Positions 25,184-37,800 of a stretch of DNA of 64,000 bases are shown here, one piece after another; the first letter of the stretch is position 1, and each line of letters begins with the position of its first letter. The DNA comes from Saccostrea cucullata (Eukaryota), in the NCBI RefSeq assembly GCF_032062105.1, contig NW_026923186.1, positions 1 through 64,000 of the forward strand. The letters run 5' to 3'. The position numbers and the translations under genes were made by a program. The notes beneath the pieces are model-generated. The model was not told where the DNA came from, did not search any database, and was given only the letters and a program-made list of their open reading frames with translations.

Positions 25184-28100
25184 TTTTTAATGTGTTTGTC
25201 TTTTTCATTCTAAGAAAAAATACACTTTAAAACGTGACGTTCCGTTTGTGACGCGGCGACACCCTCTATGCTCTATGATATAAACATCTATACAATTAAT
25301 TCAAATAAACATTATTGAATTAAAATTCAAATGGTAATAAGATTTATATTTGTGCATTTTTTGATATATTGTCTTTGATAATATGACGCCAAATATAAAA
25401 GATATGGACACTGTGAAATTACTTTTGGATCAACCCTCGTACTTTCAATACCGTCAGAATGTTTTGACGTATATATATAAATATGTACATCGACTACATA
25501 ATGATTATTATGATTGATTGATTGTATATTGTTTAACGTCCCTCTAGGAGTCGAACAAATATTGAACAAAGATGTATTTAATGATTTTCAAATAAAAAAG
25601 ATATATTCGACATACATTAAAAAATATTATTACTTCAATGGAGAAAATATGCTTTAGATGTTTGTTAACAAAAACATCCAGATTCTTCCTTAAACTACAA
25701 AACATAAGAGGCAGGATCAGGTGCCACGTTGGACTCAGCATCGCCTGATGACAGATCACAACTGCTGCATGCTTCTTGTCATGATCGATATGTTGATATT
25801 CTCACATCGCACAGACCTCTTTCAACCTCTATGTTTTAGAGGCATGTGCTTGCTTTTCCCCCGATATGTTGTTTCAATTATTGTCCCCCGCTTTTGTGAA
25901 AGCGAGGGGACATTACATCTCATTCGTCTGTTCGTCAGTCTGTCAGTCTGTAGGTCTGTACGTCATCACAAAAACTTTAACCTTGCCCATAACTTTTGAT
26001 TAAGTGGAGATATGACTTTCATATTTCACATGTGTATTCCTTGTGAAAAAACCTTTCTTTGGGTACCACAGAATTTGACCTTTTGACCTTGACTTTGGAA
26101 TTTGACCCATTTTACACAAAAATTCCAAACTTTTACTTTGGCCATAACTTTTGAATGGTAGATACTAGGACTTTCATATTTCACTTATATATTTTTTGTG
26201 ACAAGACCTTTCATTGGATTGTAATGTCCGCCTGTATGCAAGAAACCTGAACTGCTAGGGATAACACGTGTGTTCAATCAACAGTTTATTAATAGTAATT
26301 TGTATAACGAACCCGATCAAATAAACATGTCAAATAATCATACGTTATATCTCCCTTTCTTTAGAAAGATTAATACAATATGAAATCAAAATTCAATTCA
26401 AATGCATACATGAATAAAAGTAAATTTGACTCATCAAATAGAAATTCTGTTATTTAGCAACTGAAATAATTAAGGCAATCAATTCCATGTGATAAACTTA
26501 ATTACTGAGTTCACAAATGTCAATGAATAGGAATTCAGAGGTTTAGTCGGTTCGGTTTCCTCACAACACGACCAGATGAAGTAACAACGGGTTTAGGTGA
26601 GTTCGCGAGTATGACACCTTTCGAAGAATGTTCATTGTGTTTGGTGCTTCGTGCGTATCGATCTCGGAATCACTTTCTGTATCCGGTTCTGGTTCCATTT
26701 CTGGCACACGGTTTGCATCCGGATTTGTTCGTCTAAGATGTTTTCTGTTGCGTCGGAGCCTTTGATTGTTGTTAAACTCAACGACGTAGGATCTCGGCTG
26801 TTTGTGTTGCTCAACAACTGTTGCTGGTTTCCACTCCTTGGTGTTTGAGTTTTCAGGGGGTGCAACTCTTACTGGATCACCAATATCTAAGCACGGTAAC
26901 TCTTTTACATGTCTCCTATCATAATAGAACTTCTGCTTCTCCTTGATATCTTTCATTTGTTGACTTAGATTTGGTCCTGCGTTTCTGGACTTAAGCAGCT
27001 CTGTGCGGGTTGGTAAGTTGTTCCGTGGTCTACGGCCCATTAAGAGTTGTGCTGGTGATAGGTTGACTGACTCCAGCTGTGTTGTGTCATAGTTCAACAA
27101 GCTGAGATATTTATCTGCTTCTCCAGTAGAACTTTGGAAATGCGGACTTGATGTGGTGTGTTGTATTCCATATTGGTTGCAAAACAAATGGAATTCTCGT
27201 GAATTAAATGGAGGCCCTTTGTCTGATCGCAATTTCATTGGAATCCCATAACAACTAAATGTGGCTTTCATAGCATTGACGACTGCTGATGTTGTTGTGG
27301 ATTTCAAATCAATCGCGTCAAAGTATCTAGAATGATAGTCCACTATCACAAGGTACTTCTTCTGTTCAAAGTCAAACAAATCACATCCAACTTCCCCATA
27401 AGGAATCTTAGGCGTATTTGTTGGGTGAAGTGGTTCACGACTCTGTTTGTTTTGGTACGTGGCACATTTTGAACAGTTTCTGACTTCCTCTTCAATGGCT
27501 GTATTCATGGCGGGCCAATACATGACCTCTCTTGCCCTCTGTTTGCACTTAACAATTCCTAAATGTGACTCATGAATCAGTTTCAGAATGTGGGTTTGTA
27601 GACTTGGTGGTATAACGATCCTCAATCCCCTGTAGACTATGCCATCTGTGACTGATAACAGATCTCTAGAGTCCCAATACTCTCTGACACTAAGGAGTGT
27701 TTCGGATTTGATGTCTGGCCATCCTTGTACTATCATGCTACATAAGTCTGACAATTCTATTTTGGTACGTAGAGCTATGTCCAAATAGCGATCTGGAGTG
27801 ACATCTAACGTATCAAACATATTGATGTTTTCTAGAGTCTCCATCTCCGGATCAGCCTCAGGTAGGTACTTTCTCTATAGAGCATCAGCAACTGTCATAT
27901 CCTTTCCTTTGCGGTAACGGACATTTAGGTTGTACCACTGAAGCCTCAGCAGCATTTTCTTCAGCCTCATTGGTGCGGATGCTAGTGGCTTTTAGAAGAT
28001 CATTTCCAGTGGCTTATGGTCATTGTAGACAATAGTTTCTTTTCCAAATATATAACAATGTAATTTTGTTGCTGCATGAACAATAGACAGTATTTCTTTT

Positions 28101-30032
28101 TCTATCTGCGCGTAGCGCTTCTCTGTGTCTGTGAGCGAGCGAGATGAGTATGCAACCGGGCGTCCTGCTTGGATTAGAACTGCACCGAGTCCATCCTTGG
28201 ATGCGTCACATCGGATCTCCAGCGGCTTGTTTACATCGTAAAACGCTAGGACAGGCTGTCTACTACAGAGTCTTTTAAGTTCCCTGAAACAGTTTTCCTG
28301 CTCTTGATTCCATATGAATTGTGTTTCTGCTTTCACAAGAACTTTTAGTGGTGCATCCACTTGACTTAAATTCGGTATAAATTTGGCCAAATACTGAACC
28401 AGTCCTAAGAAGCGTCTCACTCCTTCCTTATCCTTTGGCCTTGGCATGTCGACTAAAGCTCGGACTTTGTTTGGGTCTGGCCTAACGCCATTCTCTGTAA
28501 TCAAGTGTCTACATATGAGACCTGCGGCTGTCTGATTTCACATTTGTCATAGTTAAGCTTCAGATTATACTGTGTAGCTCTTTCAATGACTTTTCTGAAT
28601 ATGTGATCATGCTGTTCTACATCTCTTCCTCCGATAAGTATGTCATCCATTACTGCTGCTGCTGCTGTTCTATCCCTTCAAGCATCTGATCCATGATATG
28701 CTGAAAGATTTCAGGTGCAGATTTAATGCCAAATGGAAGACGAAGCCATCTGTATCTTCCTACTGGAGTATTGAAGGTTGTTAGGTATGATGATTTCTCA
28801 TTCAGCTTAATTTGGAGGAATCCGGACTTTGCGTTTAGCTTGGAGAAAACATGTGCATTTGGTATGTTTGAAACGATATCCTCGACTGTTTTCATGGGGT
28901 GATGAGCTCTCTTGACGACTTTGTTCAGATCGGACGGGTCCAAACAGATGCGAATCTTATCGTTCCTCATAGATATGACTATCGAACTGACCCATTCAGT
29001 TGAGGTATTTTCTTTTGTAATGTAACCATTCTGTTCCATTTCCTTGAGTTTTTCTATGATCCTTGGTTTCAGTGATGCTGGCTGTCTACGAGATGCATGA
29101 ATAACTCCTTCGGCATCTGGATCTATTTCATTGTTGTGTTCTCCAGGCAGGGTTCCTGAAGTTTTAATGAGCTCAGGAAAGTCTTTGAACTTGGATTCTG
29201 GTTGATTATCGATCCTGGTATCCAGTTTCTGTATCCTTTCAATCAGATTTAGTTTTTCTGCGACATCACCACTGATAATGTTCTCCTGTTCCAACTCTAC
29301 TATTTCGAACTGCGCATTACCTGCTTTCCTTTATGTTTGATTGGAAGGTCAACACTGTATAAGGGACGGGTCCTATGATTAGTGTAGGATTTGAGAACTT
29401 TTGTACTCTTGCGAGTCTGTGCCTGAGATCCAAGAGAGTCGAACACTGAATTCACAATAATTGAAGACTTTGCCCCGGTGTCTATTCTGAATTTCACAGG
29501 CTTACTGTTGATGGTTGCTTTGACTACCCACTTGTCATTAGCCACAGAACTGTCATCTTGTGCACTGTATATGTGAAGTACTCCTTCATCTGAGGAACTG
29601 GTTTCACTATCTGTCTCCTGTAGTGTATTAACTCCTCTTGTACGTTTTCGGGATGCGGCTATCCAATGGTCCTTCTTATGACAATATTTGCACGTTGATC
29701 CGATTGCCGGACACTGACCTGATTTTGCATGGCCTCCTGTAGGGCCAAGCCCACATCTACTACACTTCTCACTTTTGGCTTTGGGTACGTAAGGCTGTTT
29801 CTTATGTCTCTTTGTTTTGTGACGAGGTTTGTGCTGATACATCTTTTTATGTTCGGCATGTATTTGTGAAACCTCCTGAGTGACTGTCTGATTCTCACTT
29901 CCTCGAATGAGTTTAAGCTGTTTCTGTGAGTTTTCATACTGACGACCAATGCTGAGAGCTTTTGCGAGTGTAAGGTCACTACCTTGATCCAAAAGTCTTT
30001 CTTGTACCTTCACATGTCTGACTCCTGCTATT

Positions 30033-30889
30033 GGACATTTGCGAAATAGCGGACAGTGGACATCAGACTTCAGACTTGGACTTTAAATAAGGGGAGCATC
30101 TCAAAATGTAGGATTTATAAACTTATAAATCACCTTTATGTTTGAATTAATATTGCAACTTTTGTCATTTGATTTAACAGTTATCAATAAATAACATACT
30201 TCCGCGACATTTATAAGTAGAAAATGAGGAACACTTGGATTACTGTTTCAGTCAGTCTCTTTGGAATCGGAACTCGCATCGAAATTGTATTTTCCTTTTC
30301 TCTCTTATTTACATCTTTATTTAACTATTATTTTTTTTACGAATTTTATTATCAAATATTTGACTTTCAAGATTTTTCAGTTTTAATTTTTTTTTCTATA
30401 TGCCATTTTAACACCCCCCCCCTCTCCGAAAAAAAGAGAAAAGGATATAATATCAAATTTGAAATAAATAAAGAGTGATGCATATTTGACCTTGCTGAAA
30501 ACATGATGCAGATTCTAGCTGATCTACTCAGCTTTCTCAGATTTATACCGATTTCAATTACCTGGATCAATCCATTTAAATTAGCAAGGCCTATATACAG
30601 AACTAAATTTTTAATTTAGATTAATAATATTAGGATACAATACGTTAATTAAAAGCCAGTTGTTCCCACCCTTCCACAAGCACACCCATTTGGTACAGTA
30701 CTAATATTATGCAAAAGTATCTAAATGATGGAAATTACCCCCCCCCCCCTTCCGTACACACACTCCCCTCCCTGAGGATGGAATTTTCAAGTTTAGAATA
30801 TTCTCATTTTTTATTTGTCCAACATTTTTAGCTCTACTGGTCAGAGACCAGAAGAGCTTATGCGATAGTAATGCGTCCGTCGTCCGTCC

Positions 30890-30943
<54 letters not shown>

Positions 30944-32635
30944 AATTTTTCAAAATGCTACTCCTCCTACAGTTTTGGTCTGATTTCAATATAACTTGGC
31001 ACAAAAGTAGACTACACTAAGATACATAATTCTCTTTATCGGTTTTTGATTTCGATGAACGGTGTTGCCGTTGTAACTAAAAATAGAAATTTCTGTGAAA
31101 TTCTTTCAAAATACTACTCCTCCTACAGTTTTGGTCTGATTTCAATATAACTTGGCACACAAATAGACTACACTAAGATACATAATTCTATGTATCAGTT
31201 TTTGATTTCAACGAATGGTGTTGGCATTGTTACTAAAAATAGAAATTTCTGTGAAATTCTTTAAAATGCTACTCCTTCTACAGTTTTAGTCTGATTTCAA
31301 TATAACTTGGCACACAAGTAGACTACAATAAGATACATAATGCTGTATATCAGTTTTTGATTTCAATGAACGGTGTTGCCGTGGTTACTGAAAATAGAAA
31401 TTTCTGTGAAATTCTTTCAAAATGCTACTCCTTCTACAGTTTTAGTCTGATTTCAAAATAACTTGGCACACAAGTAGACTACAAAGATACATAATTCTGT
31501 GCATCGGTTTTTGATTTCAATGAACGGTGTTGCCATGGTTACTAAAAATAGACATTCTGTGAAATTCTTTCAAAATGCTACTCCAAATACAATTTTAGTC
31601 TGATCATAATATAAATGTGGCATGCAAGTAGACTGCACTAAGAACATAAAGAGACTTAATTAAGGATCATTATTCTATTTATTGCTGTTGAAAAGTTTCA
31701 ATATCCAACTGCTTAAGTACTTTTCTCTTCCTTTACTATAAGTACAAACCAGTAGAGCTTCAGTCTCGACAAAGACTTCTGGATTAGGGAAGTTGTACCA
31801 CCACCCACCACCCCCCCAAAAAAAAAATCAAAATCGACAGTGTCTATTCAGTACATGTTTAAAATATCTAATAACTGGAAACATTAAGCTTTTAGTACTT
31901 TTAAAATTTCTTTTATTCAATATTCAACAAAACAAACAGAAAAAAAACAAACATTTCTTTTATCCTTGAGAGACAACTTTTATTTATTGTCATTAAACTT
32001 GGTTTCTAAATTGTCCACTGTATTTAAAATAAGCTAATTTAGTATAAGTTTTATACAGTAAAATATTAAAGTTTTGTCAAAATTCATGCTTTCTACGCAG
32101 TTCATTTTCCACCGACAAATGGCCCAGCAAATGGGAATTAAAAAGTATAATGCAGGTAATATATGACCCAAATTTGAGCATGCAGGGCGTAAAACATCCC
32201 TTATTTAATAAGGTTTATTTACAGTATATCACATTAATCGGAAGTTGTACCTTCAGTTTACAAATTAGAAACAAATTAAATGTGAAGTTGAAATTTAACG
32301 TCTGTACAATTCATTTTCTGAGGTTGTAGTTGTTTGTAGTTCATATTTGATACTTTTCAATTTTATAATGCATACTAAAATATAATTTTTTTCGATACTG
32401 TTCGATGTTCACAAATAAATTCTTTGCTAACTTTCTAATCAAAGAAATCCAAATACGAATTTCAAATTGCTTCGATTTGAATTTTTTAATAGCTATCAGA
32501 AGCCTATATATTTTCAGATGATTTGTTATAAATTTATATATTTTAATTTTTTAAACCACTCCCTTAGAAAAGTCTGCCTTTAAATGTCTGAAGTCCGAAG
32601 TCCGCTGTTCGCTGTACGCTATTTCGCAAATGTCC
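30033..32635. mobile_element. PHIS/Harbinger-group non-autonomous element with a 3-bp ATT TSD, inserted in gag
   Basis: Perfect 18-bp TIR ggacatttgcgaaatagc / gctatttcgcaaatgtcc, with att on both sides. Removing it restores the reading IDAIIAGVRHVKVQERLL. Confidence 0.88.
30826..31785 (+). mobile_element. HINE with (gtct)n and ~155-bp tandem repeats (about 4.5 units)
   Basis: SubTIRs agctctactggt (30830) / accagtagagct (31748). Units start at 30951, 31107, 31262, 31418 and 31571. Confidence 0.85.
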
Positions 32636-32915
32636 ATTATAGCGTCTATCAGGACATCATCGGGGTTTGTGTATTCACAGTCCATAATGATTAGCTTCAA
32701 GTCTTTAACAAAGTTATCAAATAGCTCACTCTCACCTTGTTTTCTCTGTTTCACCTTGAATCGGGCTGCTCGTTTATGTTTCCTTGGGCTAACGTATGCC
32801 TGGAATTTGTCTAGAATTTTGTTGGGTTTGTCCTCGTCTCCAGAGTCCCACTCAAATGTCTTGTACACTTCACGTCCTTGTTTACCGACCCAGATTCCCA
32901 GCCATCCTGCTCGAT

Positions 32916-33378
32916 CACAGGGACTTGCTCCTGGCGTGTAAAAAATATTTATGGAAAAAAACCGATGTACTATAAAACTACACAAGGGAGGACGCCATTT
33001 TGGACCCCTTCCTCGCTTCAACCTCTGTTTTCGTTATATTTTGCCGTATTTTACTGACTCGCCGCCTGGGATCTGTTAAGAAATGATTCTTCTAAAACCT
33101 TATGTCCATACCAACTGTCCTAACGAGCGCGTTTGGACTATTTTTAGTCAGAAATGTGTATTGCAGAGGCTCCAAGGGGGAAATTTAAGCATAAGGTTTT
33201 AGAAGAATCATTTCTTAACAGATCCCAGGCGGCGAGTCAGTAAAATACGGCAAAATATAACGAAAACAGAGGTTGAAGCGAGGAAGGGGTCCAAAATGGC
33301 GTCCTCCCTTGTGTAGTTTTATAGTACATCGGGTTTTTTTTATAAATATTTTTTACACGCAAGGACCAAGTCCCTGTG
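32916..33378. mobile_element. Foldback MITE, P-element-like (CACAG ends, 7-bp TSD)
   Basis: ~189-bp near-perfect arms around an 85-bp spacer. TSD gctcgat at 32909-32915 and 33379-33385. Removing it restores gag KDKDRAGWLGIW. Confidence 0.88.
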
Positions 33379-34895
33379 GCTCGATCTTTGTCCTTAGCAG
33401 ATGTAAGTAGTCCTTTGAATACAAACTGTACGTGCTGCTTAAAGTAACAAAATTCCTGATACATGTCTGGTGTTACCCAGTCTAGATTCGGCGGGTCGAA
33501 CTGTGCAGCGGCGGCCATCTTGAAATTTCACATTCACTGATCTGATATGTCCGAGGATTTTTCCAAATGCAAAGAGTTGTTTCTCTCGGAAACGGCAATA
33601 AACTGAAACGGAAGGTTCTGATTGACTGCTCTGACACAGCTAGCACTTCTGACACCATGTAATGTCCGCCTGTATGCAAGAAACCTGAACTGCTAGGGAT
33701 AACACGTGTGTTCAGTCAACAAGTTTATTAATAGTAATTTGTATAACGAACCCGATCAAATATACTTGTCAAATAATCATAATTTACAGGATATGAACAA
33801 TTTTGACCTTTTGACCTTGACCTTGGAGATTTCCGTTCTTATGAAAAAACTTTAAACTTGACTATAACTTTTGAACGGTAAGGGCTAGGGCTTTCACACT
33901 TCACATACATAATTCTTGTGAGAATACCTTTCATTGGATACCAAGAACTTTGACCTTGACCTTGGAGCTTGACATGATTTTCAAAAACTTTGACCTTGGC
34001 CACAACTTTTGAACAGTAGATACCAGGACTTTCATATTTCACATATGTATTCTTTGTGGCAAGACCTTTCATATGATATCAACAACCTTGACCTTTTGAC
34101 CTTGACCTTAAAGATTTTTCGTACTTCTGAAAAAACTTTAACCTTGACAATAACTTTTGAATGGTAAGGGTTAGGGCTTTCTTACTTCACATATGTAATT
34201 CCTGTGAGAAGACTTTTTATTGGATACCAAGAACTTTAACCCTTTGACTTTGACCTTGGAGTTCAGCGATAATTTCTAAATAAATGACGTATGATAGGGT
34301 GTTCATATTAGACACAATATGTCATAAAAAAAAATGACATCTCACCCACAAAGACACAGAAAGCAGGGGACCACAATTCTTTGAATTTGCTTGTTTTTAA
34401 TACTTTTTGCAATCTCTTTGTTTCATTTAAGGAAGATACAAAAATCTTATAGTCTAACCGCGTTTCGATGCTGTGTACCTTGTCCTAGTTCCGTATCTGT
34501 ATGGAATGTCTTAAAAGAAGAAACATCATGAAATCCACTCCACTGTACTTCGGCACTTCTCAGATTTGGCCTACTTTTTGGAGGACTGATTTTTTAATGC
34601 CTCAAGATAATATCAGATTTGGAAAAATCATGTCTAAAATGGTGTTAAGACAACACAAGTGCATGTCCTTTAGAACTCTCTTATTTGACGTCAGTATATC
34701 ATACATTGATATAGTATATATGGTGATTCCCATTATATACGTGATTGTATAGGTTCACATAATCATAAGTGAACAAATGTAAGGCAATTCGGTTGGACTA
34801 CTTCTGGTCGCATTTCAATAATGACCCAAGGAAGTCCTCATATTTGGCTCATATATAGATAAAAACTGTGATAAGTTCTCAGAGAAGAGACCATT

Positions 34896-37800
34896 ATGAA
34901 ACAGATTGGATTTATATGTTTGACAGTTTTAACTGTCATTGTTGCTGGTGCAAAGCATGCTAACATAAATATTTTCATTGTGAAAGAATCCCAGCTGAAG
35001 TTAAAATTTACGGGTAAGTTTAATGGGATCACTAATGAAACGTTCAGTATTGATAACGATCTATATACATTATTCATTCACTTGTTATCGTGAATTAGTT
35101 TCACATGACTTTTTTTAATATTTAATTGTATTTTAAGATAAGTGTATACAAATATCTAAGGCAGTTTTAATAACTAGGAGATTAATGATTTGTGTTTTGA
35201 TAAAGTGCCTCGTATGGAAAATAATGTCAAATCGGTTTGCCTTTAAAAGCAATAAAAGTAATAAATCAAAATATTGTAGGGAATGAAGACATTACCTTTG
35301 TTAGTATTCGAACAAAACAGCAAGGGAAAAGAGACAGAATATACAATCTGAAGTCTTCAAAAGGTATGGTTTTCTTCAAATTGAAAAATAAATAGATAAC
35401 ATTTATTTTTGTTTAGCAAACTGATAAAAAGATTAGAAATTCAATGTGTTACCTTTTTTTAAATATTGAAGAACATACTTGGAATTAATTCTGTGTATTC
35501 TTCTTACCGTAATGATGTAACTACAGACGACGGAGTGTGGGAGCATGTTGATTCTGAAGCCAATGTTAAAGTGGGGGACATCATCCACTACCAGACTGTC
35601 ATTAAAAGGAAAAATGTCCTAAAAGAATTGAAATGGAAATCAGGTACACTTTTACTTAAAGATCAATTTTAAATGGTTTACACGAGGGCTGTTCAGAAAA
35701 AAAAAACGTTTTTCAATAATTTAATCTTTTTTTTATTTCAAAAAGTGAAATGTCAAGTTACATAATAAGATTTTTAGTCACATTCACACACACATTCACA
35801 CTTTCCCTAAACAGTATTCCATTCAAGAAATATTGATAGTTGGTGTTTTAATAAATGTTTATGACTCAAAAATATTAATCCATGGTGACCATAGATTTTC
35901 AAAAATGTTCATTGTAAATTTTTGAACTGATATGCATTTTTCTACTTTGTACTTAAGAGTTTTATGATGCAGCAGCCCATGCAGTTATCATAGGCATTTT
36001 GTTCTGCTTTAAACAAGAAAAGATATATTGCTTTGTATATAAAATAATAAAATTTATCACCGTTTCACCTAAAATAATATTGCATGTGTGAAATCCAACT
36101 CTTTTAGAAGTTTTTATAAATATGAGTATGCTAAGATTACTCCATAGTGAAGAAATTTTTGTACAATTCAAAAATATATGTTGTATTGTTTCTATATCCT
36201 GTTTACAAAAGGTACAGTGATCATCCGATAAAATACTTCTTTTTTTCAAATAATATTTCACTGCGAGGATTCTATGAAGGATTCTTTACTGTAACCATTG
36301 AGCAGAAGTATCCATAGTTGTTCTAAAACAAACCTTAAAAACATCTTGAACACAAAAATCAGATTCTAAAAACACTAATATGCTTTTTACTGTCCAATGT
36401 TTCTTTAAAACAGTGTAAACTACACCCAAAATGATGCCTATCAATTAAGGTGTGTGTCTTAAAGTCAATCAAACAACATCAGTGATTTTGTTGAATTTTG
36501 GCAAACAGTACATTGGTTGTTGTACGTCTATGCCGCCAAGGACGGTACCCAATTTTTATGCCCATTTTACAATTTTTCCATTGAAATTCACCTGCTCATT
36601 TGTTTTTAAAACAGACATTGGTTGCTGTTATATTTCATTGAATATTTCTTTGGGATTATTGACGAGTTTTACAGCAGTTTTAATGAAGCGTTTAATTTCA
36701 CTCTAGTTTACTGATTCTTTACCATCCATTTTTAATGCAGTGTCTCGAATAGCACGTGTTTTCGAGCTTCTGTGATGAAATATGGTCACATAAACTGATA
36801 TCAATTCATTAAAAATACAATCATGAGAGAAAGTCGAGTTTAATGTTTAATAATTTTTCTGTTGTTTGTCATAGAGCTCAGCACATTATCTATTGAACAA
36901 CCTTCGTATGCTCATCAACACTACTTCGTTATATTGTATACTATTATTGTATACAAGTACTACTATTTTGTTATATTAAACCTCCCCAAAAATTAAGAAC
37001 TAATACAAAAAAGAATTCTTATAATCAGTTTACGTAATGTTACTTTCTAAGTACAATATTTATTTAACTGTCTGTCATAGTGAGTCTGTTACCCGAGAAC
37101 GCACTGGCTCCAGTTAGAAGTCTACGTAAGGTCACCGTATTTCGAGACGATTTTAACACCTTTGATAGAAGCCACTACAAGATAGAAATAACGGCTGCTG
37201 GTGGTGGAGTAAGTATAGGCAGATCAGGAAATCATTTATTTATGTAGCGAAAAGTTTTATAATAATAAAAAATAATTTCAATTTAACGTGGTCTAAAAAA
37301 AAAATAACAATAATCACACAATCGAAGGTCATTTGTGAGGCATTTGTTGGATGTTTTGACTTAATCAGTTTTCAATCTCTTTTGAATACATGACATAGGT
37401 TTTAATTGTTAAATTTTTAAATAAATTTGTTTGAAAATATTGGAATAATGTATAGATAATTATTAAAAATAAGAAATGAAATGCACGTTTGGAAAATGAT
37501 TCATCATATATTTTAGGCCATATAATTATATAGAGTATAAAATTTGACGATTTTAACTCACTATTTGAATTTTGTGGAAACATCATTGTTCCCGAGAGAC
37601 CAAAGCCCGTGGAATTGCGTGGTTAACCCATACCCACGTAATTATTCCACTTCGAATGGTAACTTTGTCTACGTTTTATCGGTTCATTGAATCTTTGTAT
37701 GTATACGAGTTACTAAAATTACAATCCCACAAACCAGTGAAATGTTGACTTTCCACGAACATTGATTTCTCCAACTTCAAATGATTCCAGATGTAATAAG

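Larger units (their letters stand above)
26561..33518 (-). pseudogene. Gypsy gag-pol, frameshifted and interrupted
   Basis: Gag starts at 33518 (MAAAAQFDPP). Zn-knuckle-like motifs and protease FRIDTGA in 29300-30013. RT (RICLDP, LPFG, VMDD) ~28500-29294, RNase H (CDASKDGLGAVL) 27992-28504, integrase (H-H-C-C, DDE core) 26561-27844. Confidence 0.92.
26220..33788 (-). mobile_element. Full-length but decayed Ty3/Gypsy LTR retrotransposon
   Basis: LTRs at 26220-26349 and 33658-33788 differ by 6 substitutions and 1 indel. TSD ggat. PBS tggtgtcagaagtg (tRNA-Leu 3' end). PPT aagaaagggaga. Domain order gag-PR-RT-RH-IN. Confidence 0.95.
25878..34394 (+). mobile_element. HINE host element split by the Gypsy insertion
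   Basis: 5' hairpin cccccgcttt..aaagcgagggg and a (gtct)-like tract. Subrepeats aaaactttaaccttg...tgaccttgacctt occur on both sides of the Gypsy (25970-26219 and 33789-34270). 3' end gcaggggac...cttgtt. Confidence 0.75.

Noticed and set aside
28650-28670. Poly-Q at the end of the RT ORF
   Set aside because: An out-of-frame reading of a (gca)n tract at a frameshift just before VMDD.
32551-33518. ORFs 32551-33021 and 33237-33518 as separate genes
   Set aside because: They are chimeras of Gypsy gag and read-through into inserted MITEs.
35466-35526. ORF-track start of glucanase exon 3 (KNILGINSV...)
   Set aside because: The acceptor at 35471 gives a stop in the required phase; the acceptor at 35526 fits.
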